A DNA stretch of 64,000 nucleotides from Phycisphaerales bacterium. GTDB lineage: Bacteria; Planctomycetota; Phycisphaerae; Phycisphaerales; UBA1924. Under the pieces are notes generated by a model. That model did no database searches. It was not told where the DNA came from and saw only the letters and a list, made by a program, of their open reading frames with translations. This document shows positions 30,924 through 40,065 of this stretch, one piece after another (positions within the stretch are counted from its first letter, which is position 1; each line of letters begins with the position of its first letter). The stretch covers positions 640,001-704,000 of the forward strand of contig OZ245777.1 in NCBI GenBank assembly GCA_965227775.1, given 5' to 3'. A program made the translations under genes and the position numbers.

Positions 30924-32834
30924 CTAGACTTTGAAGCGGTTGATTGCGGATCGGAGCGTCCCCACCTGTGCGACAGATCCTTGCGCGCTGGAGGCTAGCT
31001 CCTCAGAGTTACCAGCAGTCTGCTGCATGACATTGTCAAGATCTCTGACGCCCGTCCCAATCTCACTGATGCCGCCCGCTTGCTCCCGACACGCGTTCGC
31101 TATCTCACCAAGGATCGTGTTGACTTTCTGAGTACCGCCCGCAATCTCATCAAGCGCGGTCCCTACGTTGAGCGCAGCAGACACGCCATGCTCGATTCGT
31201 TGTGTCGATTGCGCGATCATGGCTCCCGTGCTCTTGGCCGCCTCGGTGCTGCGTAGCGCAAGGCTCCGAACCTCTTCGGCGACAACAGCGAATCCCTTGC
31301 CGGCTTCACCAGCTCGCGCGGCTTCGACCGCTGCATTCAAGGCCAGAATATTGGTCTGAAAAGCGATGTCATCGATCACTCGAATGACGTCCTCGATCTC
31401 TTTGGCGGACTCGGTCATGCTCTCGAGCGCTTCGTTCATAGCCTTGGTCTCGCTCCTGCCACGAGACGCGTTCTCGAACGTCTCTGCTGCGATCTCTGCA
31501 GCTGCTCTGGCACTCTTGGCATTGTCGCTTGTTTGACTCGTGAGTTCTTCAAGCGAAGCGCTGATTTGTTCGAGGTTGGCCGCTTGATGAGATGCACTTG
31601 ATGCCATGGACTCGCTCGCCTTGGCAATCTGCTGGGACCTCTGGTCTATGGTATCTGCTCCGCTCGCGACTTCTCGAATGACCGGCGCCAAGTTATCAAG
31701 GAACACATTGAACAAAGATGCCAGTTCACGTAGCTCTGATGCCGAGTGGAGATGAATCCTCTGCGTGAGATCACCATCACCCTTGGCCACATCGAGCATG
31801 CGCGCGCGGAGGAGACGGATCGGCTGAAGTACGGTGTAGATAACCCACACATTGAGTATCAGGAGCAACGCGATAGTGGACATCGCAATCACACCTGTAG
31901 TGGCACTTTCTGATCGAGCGGACATATGCACACCACGGGCGGACGCATTCAGGTCGTTCGCCAGGCGATCCTCGATAGCTTTGAGTTCTTCAATCTTCGA
32001 CGTGATGGTCTGAAACCAGTGATCCGCATCGATGCCAAACTCGCCATCGATGTTCTTGGCATTAGCAATGTCGCGCATCTTCTGCACATCACCAAACACC
32101 GCCGACTGGCTGGCCAGCGTGAACATCTCTTGGTGTTCCCGGTTGGCGAGCAAGCCAAACTCAGTGAAGTACGTGTCCTGCTCACTCACGAGCCGAATGA
32201 ACTTGTAGTAAAACCCATCAGGGAAAGCGTCGGCACTAAAAGTGGCGGACAGCACCGCGCGCTCGATTCCCGCACGCTCCTTTCCCTTCAGAAACTGCAT
32301 GTATGCGAGAATCTGGGAGCTGATCTCGGGGTTTGAACTGACTTGGCCCATCGCTCCGATCGAGTCCAACATCTGCTGGTTGACTTCGGTGTAGTAGGCG
32401 ATGGCGTCGGACGTTTGGAGTTCAAGAGCGGAGACCTGGGTTCGGAGCTCGTGGAGCTCTTCTAGTTGGCTGAGTCCATCTTGAAACGAGGCTACGAATG
32501 CGCTCGGGAATTCTTCGATCTCAAGCTCTGCGACGAGACGCTCAAGATCCTCTATTCGGCTGTCTGTCTCCAATCGCTGCACGCCCAACTCTGGCCCGAA
32601 TTTATCGCCGTTTGAGCCAAGAAATCCCGCCGTACGACCGCGCTCTTTCTGTAGCTCATGGACGGCATCACTAATGCCCCTTGCGAGCTCAGCCAATTGT
32701 GCAATCTGCTCCATCTCGCGGACCACAGCCTGGGCCGCATAAAAACGGCTCACCGACATCACCACGATTACACAAACAGGCACGATCGCGAGCAGGAGTA
32801 TGCGCGCAGCGACGGATTGCAGAAGATAACGCAT
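30924..32834 (-). CDS. Methyl-accepting chemotaxis protein with NIT (nitrate/nitrite-sensing) domain
   Basis: VHELQKERG and [12 protein letters not shown] signatures; HAMP; MCP signal motif; GGAGG before ATG 32834. Confidence 0.88.
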   Translation of the reverse strand: MRYLLQSVAARILLLAIVPVCVIVVMSVSRFYAAQAVVREMEQIAQLAELARGISDAVHELQKERGRTAGFLGSNGDKFGPELGVQRLETDSRIEDLERLVAELEIEEFPSAFVASFQDGLSQLEELHELRTQVSALELQTSDAIAYYTEVNQQMLDSIGAMGQVSSNPEISSQILAYMQFLKGKERAGIERAVLSATFSADAFPDGFYYKFIRLVSEQDTYFTEFGLLANREHQEMFTLASQSAVFGDVQKMRDIANAKNIDGEFGIDADHWFQTITSKIEELKAIEDRLANDLNASARGVHMSARSESATTGVIAMSTIALLLILNVWVIYTVLQPIRLLRARMLDVAKGDGDLTQRIHLHSASELRELASLFNVFLDNLAPVIREVASGADTIDQRSQQIAKASESMASSASHQAANLEQISASLEELTSQTSDNAKSARAAAEIAAETFENASRGRSETKAMNEALESMTESAKEIEDVIRVIDDIAFQTNILALNAAVEAARAGEAGKGFAVVAEEVRSLALRSTEAAKSTGAMIAQSTQRIEHGVSAALNVGTALDEIAGGTQKVNTILGEIANACREQAGGISEIGTGVRDLDNVMQQTAGNSEELASSAQGSVAQVGTLRSAINRFKV

Positions 32835-33344
32835 GAAAACCTCCAGGCCGAAGAGACTCAGCCTGGAATCTGGATCGGACGATTGAAGGCCGATATCCAC
32901 TGATGGCCATCGCAAATGAGCGAGTGGCAAGCCAAGTGACTCGTGTTATCGGAGCATATGTATGCGGCCGCGCTGTCTGTGTGCTGGCGGGGCCACTCGC
33001 GATGCGGGCCATTCACGTTCGATGCCTGCCCACGTTCAACACCGTGTCAGTAGCGGCACTGCCTGACCAGATGGCACGCCATCGCCCACAGTGGCCGAGT
33101 GTTGGTGCTGATCGCCGAGGTTTGCCCTCCGACTCCATCTACCCCACGCACCGCGGCAGGCGATTCTGCAGGACCACTGGGCTAGTGGGCGGCGCTCAAC
33201 GCAACGCACCGGTGAGGTGAAGAGCGACTCGTAGTATCGCGGCAGATCTCGGCACCGAGTCGAAGTGCACACGGCAAACCCTTGAACTCGAGGACCTTCT
33301 GCCGCACGTCACCGAAGGTTGCAACGATGTACAGAAGCAGCTAA

Positions 33345-33418
33345 TGGGCGGGCGGGGACTCGAACCCCGGACCCTTCGCGTGTAAGGCGAATGCTCTAGC
33401 CAACTGAGCTACCCGCCC
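33345..33418 (-). tRNA. tRNA-Val (anticodon TAC), CCA not encoded
   Basis: GGGCGGG TA GCTCAGTTGGCTAGAGC A TTCGC CT-TAC-AC GCGAA ... CGGGG TTCGAGT CCCCG CCCGCCC A folds into a cloverleaf. Confidence 0.95.
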
Positions 33419-33444
33419 GGGTATGCTGCAATCCTACTCGCCAA

Positions 33445-35157
33445 CTACCACGGCGGCGTGTCGTCGTCGGCTTCCAGGTAGTCCGGCTTGCCGTGATCGA
33501 CGCGCTCGTCAAAGGGTCGGTTGTCCTGGGCGCGGTCGGCTGTGCTCGGGCGGTGGCCGAAGGCAGATCCCCCGCCGCCGTTGGAGCCCATGTTCGGCGC
33601 GTGCGGGCTGGTGCCCGCGTCCGCCTTGGGCTCGAAGCTGCCCACGGGCTCGTCCTTCGCCCAGGTGTCGTTGCGAGCGTAGCCGGCGCGGTTCTTGAAG
33701 CGCGTCGTGTGATTGTCCCACACCAGGCGCACGATGCCGGTCGGGCCGTTGCGCTGCTTGGCGATGATGAGCTCGGCCTCGTTCACGCGGTCCTCATTCT
33801 CTTCCATCCAGGCCGGATCGCTCAGGTGGTAGTATGCCTCGCGGTGCAGCAGCAGCACAACGTCCGCATCCTGCTCGATGCTGCCCGACTCGCGCAGGTC
33901 GCTCATGCGCGGGCGGTTGCCCTCGCGTTGCTCACTGCCGCGGTTGAGCTGCGCCAGGCACACGACGGGCAACTCTAGCTCGCGGGCCATGGCCTTGATA
34001 CCCCGGCTGATCGTGCTCACCTCAACCTGGCGGCTCTCGCGACTTGCGCCCGGCGCGGTCAGCAACTGCAGGTAGTCAACGACGACGCAGCGGATGCCGA
34101 ATCGTTGCTTCATGCGTCGTGCACGCGCACGCAGCGCCGTCACGCTCAGGGCCGGCGAATCATCGATGTACAGCGGCGCACGCTCTAGCGTCTCGCACGC
34201 GGGTCGGATGCGATTGACCAGCTCGTCTTGACTGAACTGGCCCGTGCGCAGCTTGTGGCTGTCCACGCCCGAGTACGCGCTGATAAGGCGCTGCACCAGG
34301 CTGCTCTTGCTCATCTCCAGGCTGAATACGCCAACGGGCACGCGCTCGTCGCCCGCGTGCTCGAACGGCGTGGCGCCTCCCATCGCGATCTGCTCGGCTA
34401 GGTTCAGCGCGAGCGCGGTCTTTCCCATCGAAGGACGAGCGGCGATGATGATCATCTCGCCGTCTTGCAGGCCGCTGAGCGGTTCGTCCAGATCGCTGAA
34501 GCCGGTCTTGAGCCCGGTCGTTGCGCCGGCGTCGCGGTCGGCGATGCGTTCATACTCCGCCCGAAGCAACTCCTCGAGCTTCTGGATGTCCGCCGACTGG
34601 TCATCGTCGGCGATCTCGAAGATGCTCTGCTCGGCCCGGTCGATGAGCTGGCGCGCCTCTTCGGGCTCGTCCTGGCCCGCGTGCATCGCCTCGTGCACGA
34701 TCTGGTTTGCCGCAGAGATCAGCTTGCGCAGGCGGCTCTTGGTTTGCACAAGCCGCGCATACATGCCCGCGTTGTGCGGCGTGCTGACGGCCTCGGCCAG
34801 GCTTGCGAGGTAGGCCGCCCCACCGATGGTCTCCAACTCGCCCCGCTCGCGCAGACGGTCTGCTACGACGTTCAGGTCGGCTTGGGGCTCGCGCTCGTAG
34901 ACCTCCTTGAGCACGCGGAACACCGTCGCGTTGCTCTGGCGGTAGAAGTCCTCGGGCACCGAGACGAGCGGCAGCACGTCGGCCAGCGTGTAGGGGTCGA
35001 GGATGATCGACCCCAGCAGCGCCATCTCGGCCTCGGGCGCGTGCGGAGGCAGCTTGTCGTACACGCGGCTCAGGTCGATCGCCGGGCCGCCGCGCTCCTT
35101 GCCGCCCTTGCGGTGGTCCCTACGTCCGTGCAGGTTTTCCGTTCCGTTCGCGTCCAT
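33445..35157 (-). CDS. dnaB: Replicative DNA helicase DnaB
   Basis: PPHAPEAE, AARPSMGKT, FSLEM, VDYLQL, QLNR, DLRESGSIEQDAD, AKQRNGPTG. Confidence 0.97.
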   Translation of the reverse strand: MDANGTENLHGRRDHRKGGKERGGPAIDLSRVYDKLPPHAPEAEMALLGSIILDPYTLADVLPLVSVPEDFYRQSNATVFRVLKEVYEREPQADLNVVADRLRERGELETIGGAAYLASLAEAVSTPHNAGMYARLVQTKSRLRKLISAANQIVHEAMHAGQDEPEEARQLIDRAEQSIFEIADDDQSADIQKLEELLRAEYERIADRDAGATTGLKTGFSDLDEPLSGLQDGEMIIIAARPSMGKTALALNLAEQIAMGGATPFEHAGDERVPVGVFSLEMSKSSLVQRLISAYSGVDSHKLRTGQFSQDELVNRIRPACETLERAPLYIDDSPALSVTALRARARRMKQRFGIRCVVVDYLQLLTAPGASRESRQVEVSTISRGIKAMARELELPVVCLAQLNRGSEQREGNRPRMSDLRESGSIEQDADVVLLLHREAYYHLSDPAWMEENEDRVNEAELIIAKQRNGPTGIVRLVWDNHTTRFKNRAGYARNDTWAKDEPVGSFEPKADAGTSPHAPNMGSNGGGGSAFGHRPSTADRAQDNRPFDERVDHGKPDYLEADDDTPPW

Positions 35158-35199
35158 GCGTGCTCCCGAATCGTGCGACGTGCCAGAGTACGATCACGC

Positions 35200-35982
35200 A
35201 TGAGCACCGGACAAGACCACGGCAACCAGAACATCGAGCACCCCTCGTCCACGGGCTCGCAGCGGGCTTCCGACACCCCGACCGACGCGCATTTTTCTGG
35301 TCCGCTCGACAGCATCCACGCCTACGGCACCACCCACGACGAGCACTTGCCCGACGAGCTGCCAGACGACCCGTTTCCTACGCTCCGCAACTGGATCGAA
35401 TACGCCAAGGCCAACAAGGTGCAGCCCAATCCGACGGCCATCGCGCTGGCGACAACAAGCGACAAGTCACCAAACGTGCGCATCGTGCTGTGCCGTGGCA
35501 TTGACGTAGAGACCGGCTCGATCTGGTTCTTCACCAACGGCCAGAGCGCCAAGGGGCAGGAACTGTCCGCCAACGCGCACGCGGCGGCGGTGTTCCACTG
35601 GGACGCCCTCGATCGCCAGGCACGCGTGCGCGGTGTCGTCGAGCCACTGCCCGCCGCCGAGAGCGACGCCTACTTCGCCTCGCGATCCTGGGAAAAGCGC
35701 GTGGGCGCCTGGGCCAGCGACCAGAGCCAACCCATCCAGTCCCGAGAAGCGTTGGTCGACAAACTCGCCGACACGCTCCGCCGCTTCGGCATCGACCCCA
35801 AGAACCCCCCGCCCCACGGCGCCGACGTGGACATCCCCCGCCCCCCGCACTGGGGCGGCTTCCGCATCAACGCCACCGAGGTTGAGCTCTGGGTCGGCAG
35901 CCCCGCCCGCATCCACGACCGCGCGCGGTGGACGCGTAGCACGCCGGGCGAGGCCTGGAGCGCGACGCGGTTGCAGCCGTAA
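35200..35982 (+). CDS. pdxH: Pyridoxamine 5'-phosphate oxidase
   Basis: LAT...RIVL, FFTN..S.KG, RQAR, SDAYFASR, GAWASDQS, RPPHWGG, RIHDR, RLQP. Confidence 0.93.
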   Translation: MSTGQDHGNQNIEHPSSTGSQRASDTPTDAHFSGPLDSIHAYGTTHDEHLPDELPDDPFPTLRNWIEYAKANKVQPNPTAIALATTSDKSPNVRIVLCRGIDVETGSIWFFTNGQSAKGQELSANAHAAAVFHWDALDRQARVRGVVEPLPAAESDAYFASRSWEKRVGAWASDQSQPIQSREALVDKLADTLRRFGIDPKNPPPHGADVDIPRPPHWGGFRINATEVELWVGSPARIHDRARWTRSTPGEAWSATRLQP

Positions 35983-36183
35983 GGTCTCGCGCTCGCTCCC
36001 CACTGCACCGCAAACGCGAACGGTCGACCCTGCGATGCCTGGAGAATCTGGGATCGCTGCTTTGTGCGGGTTTACGTGAACCCTCGAACTCAACGCGGGG
36101 AAACCCAATTTTTGCAGCTCGCATTCGCCGCTCCGTAGCAGGAAGACCAAGTCGAACAGGCTTTGAGCCGACGTTCAGGGACG

Positions 36184-38529
36184 ATGTCCCAACCCTGCGG
36201 CACCGAGCACTCCATCGACACCAATCCCGCGCGGTCGATGCGCCGCCGCTACATCGCCGGCCTTCTCGTCGTGGCAGTGCTCAGCGTGTCCATGTTTGCG
36301 GCGCTGGAGGTCCTGGTACTGCGGAGTGAAAAGTGGGGCACGGTGATCAACGTCGCCGGCCGCCAGCGGATGCTCAGCCAGAAGATCGCCAAGGCCGCCG
36401 AACGCCATGACAATGGCCAACTTGCCAGCGCGCTGGCCACCTTTGAGCGATCACACCGGGCCCTGATCGATGGCGATCCCGCGCTGCACTTGCCACCCAC
36501 AGTCGAGCCCCAGGTCCTCGAAGCGTTTCAGGAAATGACCCCCGCGTACGAGGGGCTGGTGCGCGCCGCCCGTGCGATCGCCGAGTTGCCCGAAGACGAA
36601 CCCGTACCGGCTGAGTTGTCTCGGGCGATCGCACGCTACGAGGCCGACTTTCTGCCGCAGATGCACAACATCGTCGGCATGTACGAGGGCAGGTCGCGGA
36701 CCGAGAACGGCACGCTCGTGCTCGTGCATCTGTTTGTCGTGCTCCTCACACTGCTTGTGCTGCTTCTGGAGGCGATCTGGGTGTTCGAGCCCGCCGCACG
36801 ACGTCTACGCGAGCAATGGGCCCGCGTGCGCGCCAGTCAGGAGAGATTCAGCCTCGCCATCAAGGGCTCGCAGGACGCCATCTGGGACTGGGACCTGCTC
36901 CAGAACCAATTGTACTTCTCCCCCCGCTGGGCAGCGCTCTTCCGAGACGACCGCCTGCTCGGGTCCGCCGATGCCGACGCGTGGTTTCGCCTGGTCGCGT
37001 CGTGCGATATAGAGCGGCTGCACGAGCACCTCGATCTCCTCCGTAGCGGTCGCGTCGATCAGATCGACCTGGAGATCGAGATGCGCACGCCGCAGGGTGA
37101 GGCCGTGTACGTGCTCTGCCGCGGCGCCTCCGTCCGTGATGAACACGGACGCATCGCCCGCATCGCCGGTTCGCTGGCCGACATCACCGAGCAGCGTGAG
37201 GCACGCGAGCAACTTCGCGATATGGCCGAGCGCGACAGCCTCACAGGACTCGGCAATCGCTCGTTCTTCTACCTGCACTTGGAAGTCATCGTGGGCCGCG
37301 CCCAGCGGACGCAGAAGCACGACTACGCGCTGCTGAGCCTCGACTTTGACGGCTTCAAATCCGTGAACGACGCGCTGGGACACTCGGTGGGTGATCAGTT
37401 GCTCATCTCCATCGCCAAGCGTCTGCAGCAGCACACGGCTGAGAACGCGACGATCGCCCGCCTGGGTGGCGATGAGTTCGCGATCATCCTCCGGGATGGT
37501 GATGCGGACTCGGTCATGGCTCTCAGCGATGCGCTGGTGCAGGCTTGTGCCAAGCCACACACGCTGGGGCAGCACCAGATCGTCTCGACCGCGAGCATTG
37601 GTGTAGTCGTGGGAGACGAGCGCTACACCAACGCCGAAGACGTCGTCCGTGACGCCGACTCGGCCATGTACAACGCGAAGATCTCGGGCAAGAGCCAGGC
37701 ACGGCTGTTCGATGACTCAATGCACACCGAGGCTTTGCGTCGACTCAAGCTGGAGCACTACCTGCGAGAGGCCAACTTCGATCGCGACTTCGAGATCAAA
37801 CTGCAACCGATCGTCAGCCTCGAGAGCGGCGCACCGACGGGATTCGAGGTGCTCGTGCGGTGGGTCAGTCCAGGCCTTGAAGACGTGGGCCCGGACACGT
37901 TCATCCCAATCGCCGAAGAGATCGGCGTTATGGCAGATCTGGGGCAGTGGATCCTGATCAAGTCAGCCGAGACACTGGCCAGCTTCGACGGTGCGCTGGG
38001 CCACCAGCGCACCGTGCTGCACGTCAATGTCTCGAAGCGTCAGATCCTCCATCCGCAACTGATGCCGCTGCTCATCGAGCTGGTCGATCGTTACCCCGAG
38101 CAGCGCGGGCGGCTCATCCTCGAGATCACCGAGACCGCCGTCATGGATCGCCGGGCCAACCTCGTGCCCCGCATGGAAGCGATTCGCGAGATCGGCTTCC
38201 CGCTGGCGATGGACGACTTCGGCACAGGGCACTCGTCGCTGGCCTGCCTGCACAAATTCCCGCTCGACGAGGTCAAGATCGATCGCAGTTTCATCTTGAA
38301 TATCGAAGAAAGCCGCGAGTTTACGGCCATCTACCACGCGATTGTCAGCCTGGCCGACCATCTCGGCCTCAAGGTTGTTGCCGAGGGCGTGGAGACCGAG
38401 GCCCAGCTTGTCCAGCTGCAGGCCATGGGCTGCGCATTCGGGCAGGGCTACCTGTTCGACCGCCCGCTCTCGCCCGACGACGCGTTGGCGTTTATGCGAC
38501 GCGGCGGCATCGCACGTCCGGCGGCGTGA
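36184..38529 (+). CDS. Membrane sensor (PilJ/NarX-like periplasmic domain)-PAS-GGDEF-EAL c-di-GMP enzyme
   Basis: INVAGRQRMLSQKI, IWDWD PAS, LGGDEF, EVLVRW, DDFGTGHSS, KIDRSF, VAEGVE; start uncertain (36163-36238). Confidence 0.9.
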   Translation: MSQPCGTEHSIDTNPARSMRRRYIAGLLVVAVLSVSMFAALEVLVLRSEKWGTVINVAGRQRMLSQKIAKAAERHDNGQLASALATFERSHRALIDGDPALHLPPTVEPQVLEAFQEMTPAYEGLVRAARAIAELPEDEPVPAELSRAIARYEADFLPQMHNIVGMYEGRSRTENGTLVLVHLFVVLLTLLVLLLEAIWVFEPAARRLREQWARVRASQERFSLAIKGSQDAIWDWDLLQNQLYFSPRWAALFRDDRLLGSADADAWFRLVASCDIERLHEHLDLLRSGRVDQIDLEIEMRTPQGEAVYVLCRGASVRDEHGRIARIAGSLADITEQREAREQLRDMAERDSLTGLGNRSFFYLHLEVIVGRAQRTQKHDYALLSLDFDGFKSVNDALGHSVGDQLLISIAKRLQQHTAENATIARLGGDEFAIILRDGDADSVMALSDALVQACAKPHTLGQHQIVSTASIGVVVGDERYTNAEDVVRDADSAMYNAKISGKSQARLFDDSMHTEALRRLKLEHYLREANFDRDFEIKLQPIVSLESGAPTGFEVLVRWVSPGLEDVGPDTFIPIAEEIGVMADLGQWILIKSAETLASFDGALGHQRTVLHVNVSKRQILHPQLMPLLIELVDRYPEQRGRLILEITETAVMDRRANLVPRMEAIREIGFPLAMDDFGTGHSSLACLHKFPLDEVKIDRSFILNIEESREFTAIYHAIVSLADHLGLKVVAEGVETEAQLVQLQAMGCAFGQGYLFDRPLSPDDALAFMRRGGIARPAA

Positions 38530-38823
38530 CGCGATCAACGCCACCCACGCGCCCGTGATCGTGGTCCTGGATGGATGGCGTCCGAGTCGATCTTGGACAG
38601 GTGTGCATCAATGCAGGTCCGTATAAGCTCGACTCGATGGGTTTCGTGCATCGCGCCGCTTTGGGCTGGTGTGTGCCTGTATCGAGTCCGGGCAGCATGA
38701 TGCCTCTGCCCGCACAAACCGCACGCTCAGCCCCTCTCCATAACGATCGGGACGAAGTGGCCACGATCGACCGCCGATGTTCCCATCGGTCGCCCGCGAG
38801 GTCGTGGGTGCGGGGGAACGCCC

Positions 38824-40062
38824 TTGGCAGGCAAGGTTCGCGCACAACTCAGCAGCGCCGAGGTCGAAGCGCTTACCGACCTGCTCATGCGCAAGCTCGA
38901 TGCGATGATCATCGAGACCCAGCCCGAGGTAGCCGCGCGCCTGCTCGAGCTGGTCTCGGACCCCGAAGCCGGGCTGAGCGACTTCGCGACCGTCATACGC
39001 AACGACACCGCCCTGAGCGGCCGGCTGCTTCGCATGAGCAACTCGGCCTACTTCGCACAGCGCGAGCCGGTGACCACGTTGGAGCGCGCTTGCGTGCTTC
39101 TGGGCATCAACCGCATCCGCGCGCTTGCGCTCGGCTTCTATATGAGCCGCGCGATCGATGCCGGGGGTGAGAAGCGTTACGGCCGCACCATGTGGGGCAA
39201 GAGCCTGCTGCGGGCGTGCTTTGCCGCCAAGCTGGCCGAGGCCATCAAGCCCCAGCTCTACGCCGAGGCCTTCCTGGTGGGCCTCATGATGGACGCGGGC
39301 GCACCGCTGGTGCGCACCCTCATTGGTCCATCGGTGTACGACGAGCTCTGCCCCGCGCACACCCCGCCCTCTCGCGTGTACAAGGCCGAAATGGAAGCCT
39401 TCACCTACACCCACGTGGACATGGCCCGCGCCCTTATCCGCCGCTGGCGCATGCCCGACGTACTCGCCAAGCCCATCCTGTGGCATCACAGCGCCCCGCA
39501 GAACCTCAAGAGCACCGAGCCCATCCACCTGCTGCACCGCATCTCGTTCTACGTAGGGTCGATGCACATCGAACACGAGCCGCCATCGGCCATGGCCGTC
39601 CCGCTGCCGACGCTGGCCCAGAAGCTCTTGGCTCTGCCCGGCAACACGCTGGGGGATACGTTCGCCGGCGCGTGCAAGGAATATGCGGCCGTCCGCGAGT
39701 TCTTCGGCCACGTCGCCGAGAGCATCACGGATGTCGAAGCCTTGGGCATGCGGGTGCACGGCGCGCTCAACGAGATCATGGAGCGCACGATCGAAAATGA
39801 GCTCAAGAGCGAGAGCAGCATGTCGCCCGCCACATTCAAGTTTAATGCCGGGCAAATCCAGGTATTGCGCGACGACGAGGACGAGGACTTCGCCGTCGCC
39901 TACGTGCTCGACGGCGTCGGCACTCGACACGCTCGGCACCGCTTTCCCATCGGATCGGCTACCGCAGCCGACGTGCTTACCGAGCTCTGCCTCGAGCAGG
40001 GCGACATCGACAGCGCCGAGCTCGAGAGCATGACCGACTACCTGCGGGCCATGGCGGCCTGA
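38824..40062 (+). CDS. HDOD domain protein with C-terminal extension
   Basis: LSGRLLRMSNSAYF, GLMMDAG, THVD, WRMP...ILWHH. Confidence 0.8.
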   Translation: MAGKVRAQLSSAEVEALTDLLMRKLDAMIIETQPEVAARLLELVSDPEAGLSDFATVIRNDTALSGRLLRMSNSAYFAQREPVTTLERACVLLGINRIRALALGFYMSRAIDAGGEKRYGRTMWGKSLLRACFAAKLAEAIKPQLYAEAFLVGLMMDAGAPLVRTLIGPSVYDELCPAHTPPSRVYKAEMEAFTYTHVDMARALIRRWRMPDVLAKPILWHHSAPQNLKSTEPIHLLHRISFYVGSMHIEHEPPSAMAVPLPTLAQKLLALPGNTLGDTFAGACKEYAAVREFFGHVAESITDVEALGMRVHGALNEIMERTIENELKSESSMSPATFKFNAGQIQVLRDDEDEDFAVAYVLDGVGTRHARHRFPIGSATAADVLTELCLEQGDIDSAELESMTDYLRAMAA

Positions 40063-40065
40063 TCT

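Noticed and set aside
32840..33342. Integrase beside tRNA-Val
   Set aside because: Only short ORFs with no recognisable R-H-R-H-Y recombinase motifs; a decayed remnant cannot be excluded without an HMM search.
34465..35199. 505-aa ORF suggesting an N-terminally extended PdxH
   Set aside because: The extension is antisense to dnaB; the PdxH-like sequence starts at about 35200.
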